From contig NC_058368.1 of assembly GCF_018350175.1 (NCBI RefSeq), positions 12,028,001 through 12,092,000 on the forward strand: 64,000 bases of DNA, written 5' to 3'. The notes under the pieces are model-generated. The model saw nothing but the letters and a program-made list of their open reading frames with translations, was not told the DNA's origin and made no database searches. Origin of the DNA: Felis catus (Eukaryota). The position numbers and the translations under genes were made by a program. Positions 12,260-23,520 of this stretch are shown piece after piece (the stretch's first letter is position 1; every line of letters starts with the position of its first letter).

Positions 12260-13645
12260 GTGGTACCACAGACTGTCAGAGCCTTGCTCACGTATCTGGA
12301 CCTTGCCATTTTGGTAGTGTTCTGCAGGATGACTTTTAACTCTCAGTATCTGCTTGGCACCACAGAGCTTTTTATATTTTATTTTATTTTATTTTATTTT
12401 ATTTTATTTTATTTTATTTTATTCTATTATTTTATTTTATTTGTTTTTACTTTTTTACAATCTTTTTTTTAAAATATGAAATTTATTGTCAAATTGGTTT
12501 CCATACAACACCCAGTGCTCATCCCAAAAGGTGCCCTCCTCAATACCCATCACCCACTCTCCCCTCCCTCCCACCCCCCATCAACCCTCAGTTTGTTCTC
12601 AGTTTTTAAGAGTCTCTTATGTTTTGGCTCCCTCCTTCTCTAACCTCTTTTTTTTTTTTTCCTTCCCCTCCCCCATGGTCTTCTGTTAAGTTTCTCAGGA
12701 GCCACATAAGAGTGAAAACATATGGTATCTGTCTTTCTCTGAATGACTTATTTCACTTAGCATAACCCTCTCCAGTTCCATCCATGTTGCTACAAAAGGC
12801 CATATTTCATTCTTTCTCATTGCCACGTAGTACTCCATTGTGTATATAAGCCACAATTTCTTTATCCATTCATCAATTGATGGACATTTAGGCTCTTTCC
12901 ATAATTTGGCTATTGTTGAGAGTGCTGCTATAAACATTGGGGTACAAGTGCCCCTATGCATCAGTACTCCTGTATCCCTTGGGTAAATTCCTAGCAGTGC
13001 TACTGCTGGGTCATAGGAACCTCCACACTTTTTTCCAGAGCGGCTGCACCAGTTTGCATTCCCACCAGCAGTGCAAGAGGGTTCCCGTTTCTCCATGTCC
13101 TCCTCAGCATCTATAGTCTCCTGTTTTGTTCATTTTAGCCACTCTGGCGTGAGGTGATATCTGAGTGTGGTTTTGATTTGTATTTCCCTGATGAGGAGCG
13201 ACGTTGAGCATCTTTTCATGTGCCTATTGGCCATCTGGATGCCTTCTTTAGAGAAGTGCCTATTCATGTTTTCTGCCCATTTCTTCACTGGATTATTTGT
13301 TTTTGGAGTATATTTTATTTTGCAAGTGCAGAAGGCTGCCTGCTTGCCCAGCAAACCAAAGGCCTGGAGAATTAACAGCCCCCACCCTGGGAGCTGCCCT
13401 CAGCAATGACAGACAGGAGTTGGTGTATAACAGCTTTGAGACAAGTATTTTGCAGTTTCTTAGCCTTTTTGTGTGGGATAAACTGGCTGCCCACTGTTTC
13501 AGGTGGTTCAACATGCACATTTTATAAGCAACTTTCTCTGCCTCACTTCCCTACTTCTCTGTGATTGCTTGTAACTTCTACATAAACTACTTCTGCTCAA
13601 ATCCTGTGGCAGGGTCTGCCTCTGGGAGAATTCAAGCTAAGAGGG
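12260..13645 (+). mobile_element. LTR16-family LTR of the second ERVL, interrupted by a young L1
   Basis: 3' end ataaactact...caaatcct...agggtctgcctctgggagaattcaagctaaga is typical of LTR16/ERVL LTRs. Confidence 0.65.
12369..13307 (-). mobile_element. Young 5'-truncated felid L1 (~0.95 kb) with (ATTTT)n tail
   Basis: ORFs 12695-13096 and 13130-13354 give L1 ORF2 C-terminus; probable TSD tatattttatttt. Confidence 0.92.
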
Positions 13646-16187
13646 CTTCAGTTACTGTTTCTACCTTTATTTTCCTTTTGCATGGATCTCTTATACCTCT
13701 CATTTGGGCTCCTGTGTCTCCGTTTGGACTGTGTCCAGGGGCAACTCATTGGCAGATCCTTCTTAACTGAAGGCAATCCAGTCCATGTCATCTTTAGGCT
13801 CTAGGGCAAGTGGGCAAACATCATCCGGGGATAACTAAGAAGACAAACCTCAAGCAACTAAGGCAGCTTAACCAAAGCCGTGTGGCATTAGTAGTAGAAC
13901 TGGGAATAGAACGGTTTTCTAAATAAGTTGTGTCTTATCACAGAGAAGAGGGTTGATGAAAGTCTCGCCAGCCTGGGAGCACATATGTTAATCTTCGGCC
14001 TTCATCTTGCCAGCAGGAACTTCACATCCCTAAAGAATGTGCCAATGATTTCTGAGTGCTCCAAGCTGGCATTCCAGAATTTGCTCAGAAATCACCTCTC
14101 AGGTTCTTTTTCTCCCTCTCAGGCTCCTGAGGTCACTGTCCACAGCCCTGTACAATGTGTTCCTGATGAGAATGCCAATGTCTTTGCCCAGGGTGTTGTC
14201 TCGCAATGCTCTGGCTTCTCTGGTTGATGCATACAGCTCAGGAATCTTCCACAACTCTTGGCCAGCCATCGCGATGATGTCCCTGGTCAGCATATCCATG
14301 TCTTCCCCAAGGGGCTGTCTCTGAGGCCCTCAGAGCTGCCATTCCCGGGATGCAGGACCGGTCAGACCCAAATACGGAGCACAGAGCCTCTTCCAGGCCT
14401 CCGGAGCTGCGTTGTTGGCACCTGGGGTTTTCATCTTCTCTCTCTTGAGAGCATCTCCTCCAGCTTCTGACCCTCGTGCCCAGATTCCCCGACAGCCTTG
14501 ATCCAACAAAAACAGACACATCCTCCCATGAACAAACAGCAGTTTTCCTGCACAAAAACGCCTCCATCCATTGTTAAAAGGTAAAAATGAAACAAAATCT
14601 CTCCAAAGGCAACTAAATACATAGAATAGAAAGTGTACTTTACATACAGACAATACTTTTCATGATCACACAGAGCATTCCAGACACAGCAGTGTCTCAA
14701 AAGCCTCTTGATTCTCCAATTATGGTCCCAGTTTCATGTTTACATGCCCAATGGCCCTTTGAAGGGGCTTCCTGGAACAAACGAGCTTCCGAAGGTATAC
14801 CCAAGTCTTCTTCTCTTTACACCCCAAATTCCTTTGAAATGACAGCCTGCCTCACCCCACACGGGCTTCCTTCATTCCTGTCATGTTTTCAGAGGTCTTA
14901 GGACCAAGTTCATGGGACCAGTGGTATCTGCAAAGTCTTCCCTTTAGTGGTGACAGTGGAAAGTCCTGTAGCCTTCCTGGACATACATGAGCACAAATGC
15001 TGACCCACCAGAGCCACGGGTCTGGAGCCCTTTTCATCGCACTCATGCCAATTCATAGTCAGTTTTTAAGCTCAGTCTCAGGTTAGCCTCTGGGCCCAGA
15101 CTACTGACAAATGGTCTTTCTGGCTCCAAGTGCAAGACTGTTGCCTGGTGCCCCTTAGAAAGGAGGGTGAGATTTTGAGAATGGCAGGGCCACTCCTTGG
15201 GGGGCCCCGTGGAGGCTGGCTCCGGACAGCTCTCGCCAACCATTCAATGGGAAAACGACCGTCACAAACTCTCCTGCTGCCAGACTTGATGCCCCCTAGA
15301 AAGTGGCTGGACCATGTGAGGACAGCTAGGTGAAAGTCCTCACTTTCAAAGTGAGTTTGAAAGCCTTTCTGGAGTCCCTCTCTCAATCCAGACCCAGCTG
15401 ATAGAAGCGAGTCTTGGGAAAGCTGACTCATCCTGCTTTGCTCAACTTTGCTCTGCCTCCTACTCAGTCATAAATTGCTGCACAGGCTGTGCTGGATAAA
15501 TTGACATTAAGAGTTATTAAAGGACGAGTCGAGAGTTTAGAAAATATGCATCCACGGCAGGCGTCGGCGGTCTTCTGGAAGAGCCAGGGCAGGGCAGAGT
15601 GACTTAGTGAGCCACGGAGCCAGGGCCTCGAAGCTCCAACAGTGGGAAGAAATTCCAGGGCTCCGGGAGGCCCAGCACAGCCCCTCAGGGAGGCAGCCAT
15701 AAAGGAACCCAGTGATGAATCAATGTAGCCTTGTCTATGATACCGGGTTTTATGGTCTGTGGGTTTATGTAATTATTTGGGTTTTGCACAGAGATTTGTG
15801 TATTTAAGCCTTGCTTTAAAAATCATTGTTTTTATTTTTGGCAGTCTGATGGTAATGAATCTCGGTGGGAGCAGGGTCCCTCCTATCTGTGCGTGGGCAG
15901 TTGTAACTCCCCGTCTGTGGTGTTCCCCTGGATCTCCCCCACACCAGAAGGGGCTGGTGAAATTGGATCACACCCAACCTGGTGCTTCTCTTGCACACGA
16001 TTCTCAAACTCTTGTGTTGCCACCGAAGTGTTTGTGCGTGGCTCGTCTCCCCTACCAGATGGTGAGCTCCTGGTGTAGGTCTGGCCTTCCCACCATGCTG
16101 TGGAGACAGTAGGTGCACATCGTTCGCACGAGTGACCGTGGAGCTGCCTCAAGGGTCGACCGCCGGCATCGGGAGGAAGACGCTTAC

Positions 16188-16204
16188 CTGTGCCTTGTCA
16201 TTTC
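16188..16204 (-). other. Candidate 17-nt micro-exon GAAATGACAAGGCACAG
   Basis: Minus strand reads TTCTAAC branch, ctatctgctcccttgtacAG acceptor, exon, CAG|GTAAGC donor. Confidence 0.4.
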
Positions 16205-16369
16205 CTGTACAAGGGAGCAGATAGGTTTGTTAGAATTTAGCGTGAAATCGGCTGAGACCCGTCTGTGACTTCAGCGGCCAGGCCGTAGCGCCCCGGTTCT
16301 GCAGAAGGCTTAGTTGGGTGTTATCCCAGAAAACTGTGGTTGCCAGAGGAGTGACCTCTGGATAGCAGC

Positions 16370-16615
16370 AGTTAACATTTAATTACATGTTTGCTGTATG
16401 CCACAGAATGTTCTGCAGGCTGTATGTACATTAACTCATCTAATCCTTACAGCAACTGGTTGAGCTAAGGTCTCTTATTATGCCTGTATTACGGACGAGG
16501 AAACTGCGACACATAATAGGCCTTAAGTACCTAAGCAAGTACTTAAGCTAGCAAGTTATGAAGCTGGGATTTAAACTCAGACATTCTGGCTCCAGGCACT
16601 GTGCTCTCAGGCAGG
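16370..16615 (-). mobile_element. MIR SINE
   Basis: ctcatctaatccttacagcaac...gaggaaactg...gggatttaaactcag is the reverse-complement MIR core. Confidence 0.75.
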
Positions 16616-17274
16616 ATGCTACGGGACTGTTTAGCAACTTTTGAACACGTATCCCCATCCCCACGCACCACAACCACAACTCCCACACCCTTCCACCCCT
16701 CCGCCTACTCTCTCACACATGCACCCACACACCCGCTCACCCATCCGTCAAAAATTTAAGTCCCTTTTGGAATAAACAGCTTATATATAATGGCTATGTT
16801 TTTAAGAAATCTGTTAAATCTGCTCTGCCCCTCTTCCCAAGCCCCCGTTTTGGCTGTCAGGCTTGGTAGAAGAAACCCACAGTGAATAAAACCTCTGTCT
16901 GGGATTTTAAAAGCAATAGTGAACACTAGAAATGACGACAGTAATTTGGAGTCCACAGAGCTTATTCTGGAAAAATCAAGATAGGGACTAGCCGAAAATT
17001 ACATGATTTGCGATATGTATTAAAAATTCTCAGTTGCTTTGTTATGTGGCTTTCATATTGGGCAATATTCAGGGAAATTTCCACGTTTTCATTATGTTCC
17101 AAATGTTGATTCGTATCTTTATGTTCGATTCCTCCAAAAGCTCTGAAGGAGGTTATTGTCCGTTAGTGTTTAAGAGGGTATCTGCCTCTTCCTACTCGTG
17201 AAGCTGTCTGAGTGATTTGAATATGTGCTTTTGATCTGTTATCATCACTAGCTGACTGGTGTGGGAAAAGGGAC

Positions 17275-17395
17275 GGCCTGGATCCAGATCTGGTAACACT
17301 GGACGACTACTGACCTCTTTGGGACTCAGTTTCCTCCTCTGTACAGTGAAGGGAATGAATGAGAGGACTTCCAAAATCTGCCCCAGTTCTAATAG
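17275..17395 (+). mobile_element. MIR fragment
   Basis: ctcagtttcctcctctgtacagtg core. Confidence 0.55.
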
Positions 17396-17971
17396 CCCAT
17401 GATTGTGAGTATTTTAAGCCACATTTCTGGATGGCTAACCTTTATGCACATTTTTCTTACATGTGTAACAAAACTTCATCCTTGGCACTGGGTTTTTGGC
17501 ACAACAGCACCTTCAGACAAGCCTTCTTATCTTGGAAAATAACATTCAGAGAAAGAAGCGATTTAATTTTTTACTTTAGACAAGTTAAAAAATGCTTTTT
17601 TTCTAGTCCTCCAAATCATTTTCTCTTCATACCTTTTCCTAACTATTGAGTGGGCAGGGTGTCTGGTCGCCAAATAACCTTTAAACGGAGAGGACCAACT
17701 CCTGGCTGCCCCAGAGGCTCATCACAAAAATCACTTTGTAGATTAGCAGGTCTTTTAACAGGGATAAAATGCTGGTTCTGCCTGCTGGTCCGTTGGCAGA
17801 TGTCCCGGAATTCACTAATGTTGCATTCATATTCTGAATTTGGGTCTTTTGTCCCCCATTACCTCAAAACCTTTTTGCTTTTAAAAAAAGAATCCATGTC
17901 AGGGAAAGACAAAAACAACTAGGGGTGAAAACAGTAACAGATTAGTGACTCCGAGCAGCAAATGAAAATTG

Positions 17972-18712
17972 TAGTTTCCTGGTGTATAATACGAAAGTTA
18001 TGTTTACACTATACCGTAGTCTATTATGTGTGCAATAGCATTATGTCTAAAAAACCCCACAATATACGTACCTTAATTAAAACATACTTTATTGCTAAGA
18101 AATGCTAACCATCATCTGAGTTTTCAGTGAGTCATAATCTTTGTGCTGGAGGAGGGTCTTGCCTTGATATTGGTCTGCTGACTGATCAGGGTGTCCCAGG
18201 TGGCTGTGGCAATTTCTTAAAAGAAGACAACAATGAAGTTTGCCCCATCAATTGACTCTTCCTTTCACCTGAACACTTTGCAGCTGTTGTGGGGTTATTT
18301 ATTGGCCTCGTATCAACATTGTTATGTTTTAGGGTATAAGAAGGCCTGAGGAGACGGAGAGAAATGGAGGAGTGGCTTGTTGGTGAAACAGTCAGAACAT
18401 ACACAACATTTATCAGTTAAGTTTGCCATCTTATACGGCGGTAGGTCGTGGCGCCCCAAAATAATTACCGTAGTAACATCGGTGATCACCGATCTTGATC
18501 ACAGGAAACACAGCTCACCATAACAAATGTAATGACAATGTATCGTGAGAATTACCAAAATGTGACACAGAGACAGGAAGTGAGCAAATGCTGTCGGACA
18601 AATGGCACCGATAGACTTTCTCGAGGCAGGGTTGTCACGAACGTTTGATTTATAAAAAACTCCTCTCTGTGAAGCACAATACAGCGGAGCACAATAAAAC
18701 AAGGTATGCCTG
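17972..18712 (-). mobile_element. Tigger1 (TcMar-Tigger) internal-deletion derivative
   Basis: Terminal ...aataaaacaaggtatgcctg (rc CAGGCATACC) at ~18693-18712; other end gttatgtttacactata...gtgtgcaatagcattatgtctaaaaa; transposase core absent. Confidence 0.9.
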
Positions 18713-19269
18713 GAATATGTGCCAACATCTGTTGAAGACTCTGTGGTTCCAGCTCCTGCCATACGCTCATCTGGAAGTCTGTGACGCGTGCATGCAGTGA
18801 GCGCAATTTGCACTTGAACAAGTGGTTAATCTGAAAGGTGACTAGCACCAACCGTTTCCTGATGCAATCTAACTAGCAGCTCTCTTTCAAGGACAGCACA
18901 CCGGGTGTTTGTCCATGAAACAAAGTTTGCTCGGATACAGTTGGCCAGGGACATCTAGCTCTGTCCAGTTGCAGATGGAGGCGGGACCTTCATTCAGTGC
19001 TGCTGTCCTCATCGGGCACTTGTTGCACTGGGCACTTGCACAGTCCTCTGGCCTGCAAGACGCACGAAGCCACCAGATGGTCAGTCAGCATGGCCATTGG
19101 GAAGCGTGGGAAATTACGGGATAGGTTTACAAAAACGTATGTGGGAAGAAGAGGTTGAGCTGTCTTGCGGCGGGGAACGTAGGAAGTAGGCTGACTGCTC
19201 TTGCATTGTCATTTACTCCGTGGTTACGTGGCAACAACTATTTATTTTTGCTAAGCACTCCTGCTAGCA

Positions 19270-21065
19270 AAAATCTTAAAAAATGGCAGTCTGTGTTTAA
19301 TGGAAAACGAAGTAATGAAATTCTGCTTCTTAAGTAAGTTGATGGTGAATGTATAACTTGCCCTAAAATGTTTGGCAAATTCCCCATCTACCACCAGGCC
19401 CACCGTGATATTACTGACCATGTGAAAACCAGAAAATACAAACCTCATGAAGAAGCATCAGCATCTGCTTCACAAAGGAGTCGTTATTTTAAGAAGACCG
19501 TGCTTAAGGATGACAATTTAATACCCGCAGTGGCAGAAGGTGCTTTGACACATCACTCTGGCAATGATGACTTTTTGTTTAGATCAAAAAACGGTTGTTC
19601 TAGGTTAATTTTGCTCATTTTGAATCCCCAATTTTTTTGCTCATATATGAAAAGACATTTGCTAATGTCTTCATGCCATTACCAGAGGAACTTCATCGAT
19701 AGTGAAGGCTGATTTGTGTTAATGGCACGAGAGCCTTCTAATAGAAGCCATTTATTTATTTTTTTTTTAATTTTTTTTTCAACGTTTTTTATTTATTTTT
19801 GGGACAGAGAGAGACAGAGCATGAACGGGGGAGGCGCAGAGAGAGAGGGAGACACAGAATCGGAAACAGGCTCCAGGCTCCGAGCCATCAGCCCAGAGCC
19901 TGACGCGGGGCTCGAACTCAGGGACCGCGAGATCGTGACCTGGCTGAAGTCGGACGCTTAACCGACTGCGCCACCCAGGTGCCCCGGAAGCCATTTAATT
20001 CCAACAATGTTTGCGTTTTTTCCAAACGCTTCATAGGATCAAAATGAAGCTTGCAGCAGTTCGTTCTTTTGAAGGGAACATTATTGTAAATGCTATTATA
20101 AATTCAGAAATAAGGTTAACGTTAGAGATAAAATTTTGATTTTTACGATGGTGGGACCAAGTATTGTAAAAACAATGCTTTTTAGTAAATTAGGAAGCTT
20201 AAGGAATATAAATGTACTTGTGGTTGATTGTGATGCACATATAATTTATAATTCTGTCCAACCAAGCTGCAATATTTTACTGATCAAAACAGAAACTGTA
20301 ATTGTCAAAATTTACAAATATTTACACATTATCACAGTTGTTATAACTGAGTGACAAAATTTTTGTGATGAAGTATTTTTTTGTATTTATCAAAACATAA
20401 TGAATTTGATGAATACAAAGCATATTTTAGATGGTAGAACATGCTTTCTCTCCTTGCGGCCGACTATGAGCTGTAGTTTAGGTACGCACGTGCCTTTAAA
20501 GAAGGACTTTGTAAATCAACGTAGGGCATTGAACTTTCTATAAAAGATTCTGACAAATTTTGGTTGTATTTTGTTCAAAATCAGTTGGGATTTTTTTTTA
20601 ATTAGTACATTCAAAGGAGGAAACGTCAAAACTTCAGATTTGAAGCTTTTGGTGAATTTTAATAATTGAGAAAAGAGCTTGTGAAGAGGAAAGCATTAAA
20701 ATTATCTCTATAAAAGGCGAGGGAAAAGCAGAAAAAGTTAAACAATATTAGAACAAACTAAATTTAAAATTTAATTTTGAATTGTTATAATTGCACCTTG
20801 GAGTACATTAAGTTGCAGGAAGAATTTCTTGATAGAACTTTTACTTTATTAAAAACTTATATTCTGTATTGGAACGGAATGAATTCAGAAGGTCTGATGT
20901 TGGAACACCTTCATTTGGCAAAGCCTTGAAAATAATAATAGAGACGATGCATTTGGGGGCATTTTGTCTTGTAGCAATAATTGTTAAAAAATAGAGGCAA
21001 AAGGCAATTCTTTTAAAAATACTTGGGCTACAGTATTTATACCTTTCAAGATAGAGAACATTAGA
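19270..21065 (+). mobile_element. hAT DNA transposon, decayed transposase (Blackjack-like)
   Basis: Peptides HRDITDHVKTRKYK, AEGALTHHSGNDDFLFRSKNGCSRLI and CDAHIIYNSVQPSCNIL...VIVKIYKYL resemble hAT transposases (CxxH motif). Confidence 0.75.
19752..19985 (-). mobile_element. Young SINEC_Fc inserted in the hAT element
   Basis: Near-consensus CpG-rich body; TSD gaagccattta. Confidence 0.95.
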
Positions 21066-21099
21066 GAATGGATGAAGTGCTCTGCCTATCTAAAAGTGG

Positions 21100-23310
21100 G
21101 GTGCTAGTGGAAGTGCTGAGCAAGGGGGGGTCAAATCCATGCCCTTTGTGCGTGTCTCTTTGTGTGAGGACATATGCTAGCCCTCTACGGCACTGACTGG
21201 TTACTCCAGGCGATGACACCGTACTGCGGGCTCAGTGTTTGGCCTCTGCTTTTAGCAAGTTTGGTACCCAGGGTTTGTGGTAGCCAGGTAAGACTTGTGG
21301 AAAGGAACACTGTGTTATGCAGCTTCTATGGAGCAAGCCCTGGGGCAGCTGACTGACATGCAGAGAATTGGCACTCTTTTTCACCTTTCTAGAATGTCCT
21401 CTGCCACGATGTCTCTGGAAGACATGTACATGGGCCATAAACATCTTCATGCCCTATAATCACTCTGTAAGATCCATCCACACATCTCTACCCCAGACTT
21501 GTCACCAATTCTCCAAGTCCCTGAGCAAGCAACCACACCACTACCATTGCTTATGAATCATTGTAGATTTGTCTCCCACGCCATTTCTCCTTCCACAGGA
21601 AGTGGATGACCAGATGTTCCACTTGAAGTTCTGCCTCCCAGGATCATTTCCTTCACCACTGCCTTTCAGGACCATCCCTGAGTGTGATGTAGTAAGGTAG
21701 GCATCCATTCTGGCTGGTGCCAGCATATCACACTGATTCATCTGTAGACAAGGTCTGTGCTTTACCTTCTTCTGATAACTGGACATAGTAAACTCACTCA
21801 GAGGCCATGGGTGTGGGTTCAGGAAGAGGTGGTAAAGCAGTGGGAACAGGAGCCACGGGAACCAGAGCCAGCTGTTGGTAGTTTGCCTGAACTCTCCAGA
21901 CCTGCGTGGTCTTGCTCTCATGTATGCCACTTCCAATGTGTAATGGAATGTTGCCGTGCATGTCCAATTTGGTAGTTTGGCGGGTTCAATTCATGATGGA
22001 TACTCAATACATGATGAACAGTCGGCTTGCACAGTCAACTTGGTATCCTTTGGTGATGTGTAAAGCCTCTACCAGAGGCCAGGAGCCAGCCACGGTCTGC
22101 TTTTAAGAATGGAGCATAGTTGTCAGCTGAGGAGTGCACTGAGGTTTGCCAGCCACGCTGATGGGCTCCATTAACACTTTCTTCCTTTGGGTCTGTTGAT
22201 AATGAGAGCTAAGTGGCAGGGACAGCTTGCCCCACAGCCTGAACACGCTGAAGAACCCTGTCTTATTTTCTGCACCACTCAAAACTAGAAGCCTATGAGA
22301 TCCTTGGTAAGTGAACTATAGCAGCACATACCTCAGGATGGTATATATTACTTCAAAGGCAAAAGAGGGCCACCAAGTACCATGTTTCTTTCTTTGTGGT
22401 ACATGATACAAGGGGAAGTGACTTGGTTCTCACTTTAAAGGGAAATCCCCACACACTCCACTCTACTCCGCTGAATCCCTGGGAACTTCAGTATTGCAGG
22501 TCCACATAAACTTTCATGGGCACTGTCTCCAACCTCTGGCATGTGGGTGCCCTAATTAGACACAAAGGGTGTTTGATATGACCTGCTCAGAAGACCAATT
22601 AGCAAATTATCATCAGTATAACGGATCAGCATGATGTTTTGTGAGCTATTGAGATTATCATGACCCCTCCAAACTACATACATGCATGCATATTAGATAG
22701 GTGACAGATAGATAGACAGATAGATAATGGATAGATAAATAGATAGATAGATAGATAGATAGATAGAGTCCTGGGATTAAGGGGTGGGCTAAAGGTAAGT
22801 ATTGGCCCTGACAGCAAAGATACAAAGTGGACCTAAGATGTGTTTGTCATTACCTCATCTGAAGTTTGCCATAATGTATAATAATTCTTCATGACCCATC
22901 TGACCTTTGCTGTAGCCAAAAGTGTGAGTACTTAGGGATGTGGTAAGAATCACCATCCTTTTGTCTCTCATGTCTTTGATGGTAACACTGGCCTTTGTCA
23001 TCCCCTGGAGATGCTTTGCTTCTGCTTTACTCTCTTGACTGAGAGAGAATCTTAGGGGGGAGAGGATAATTCCTGGGGTTTCTACTTGGTTCTTCCTACC
23101 AAAATAGCCTTCACTTCACAGATTAGGAAGCTAGTGGACAGCTTTTGCTACTTTCTCTGCTTACCTATGTCCATTGTACAGTACATCTTGAGTTAGAGAT
23201 ACAGCTGCCAAATGGGTCCACCGTTCCTTTGGCCCTACTGTTGGGTGGGTCCAACTCCTTCTAACTCTGACCTCTATAAGGACCTACTCGAACTGGTGGT
23301 CCACAGTGGA
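21100..23310 (-). mobile_element. ERVL pol remnant (RT, RNase H, integrase), no LTR seen
   Basis: Reverse complement gives ERVL-like TLSPQYGVI (IN), GPAILKFPGIQ and TTKKETWYLVALF (RT). Confidence 0.8.
22695..22766. repeat. (GATA)n microsatellite
   Basis: Direct tandem repeat. Confidence 0.95.
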
Positions 23311-23344
23311 ATTTTGGGTTTCTGTATGGTCAGTGGATGTGTAG

Positions 23345-23520
23345 CTGGGAAACCTGAATGAGGCTTATGGATTGTACCAATATCAGTTTCTTGACTTTGA
23401 TACTGTGAAGTTGTGTAATATGTTAACAATGGGCAAGGGGGGAGGGTATTTGGAACTTCCCTGTACATTTCTCTGTACCTCCTGTGAATCGACAATTATT
23501 TCAAAGCAAAAATTTTTAAA
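23345..23520 (+). mobile_element. Old L1 (L1M-type) 3' end
   Basis: tgtaccaatatcagtttc...ggaacttccctgtac...ttatttcaaa. Confidence 0.65.

Noticed and set aside
12695..13354. 133-aa and 74-aa ORFs
   Set aside because: L1 ORF2 C-terminal fragments of a truncated element, not host genes
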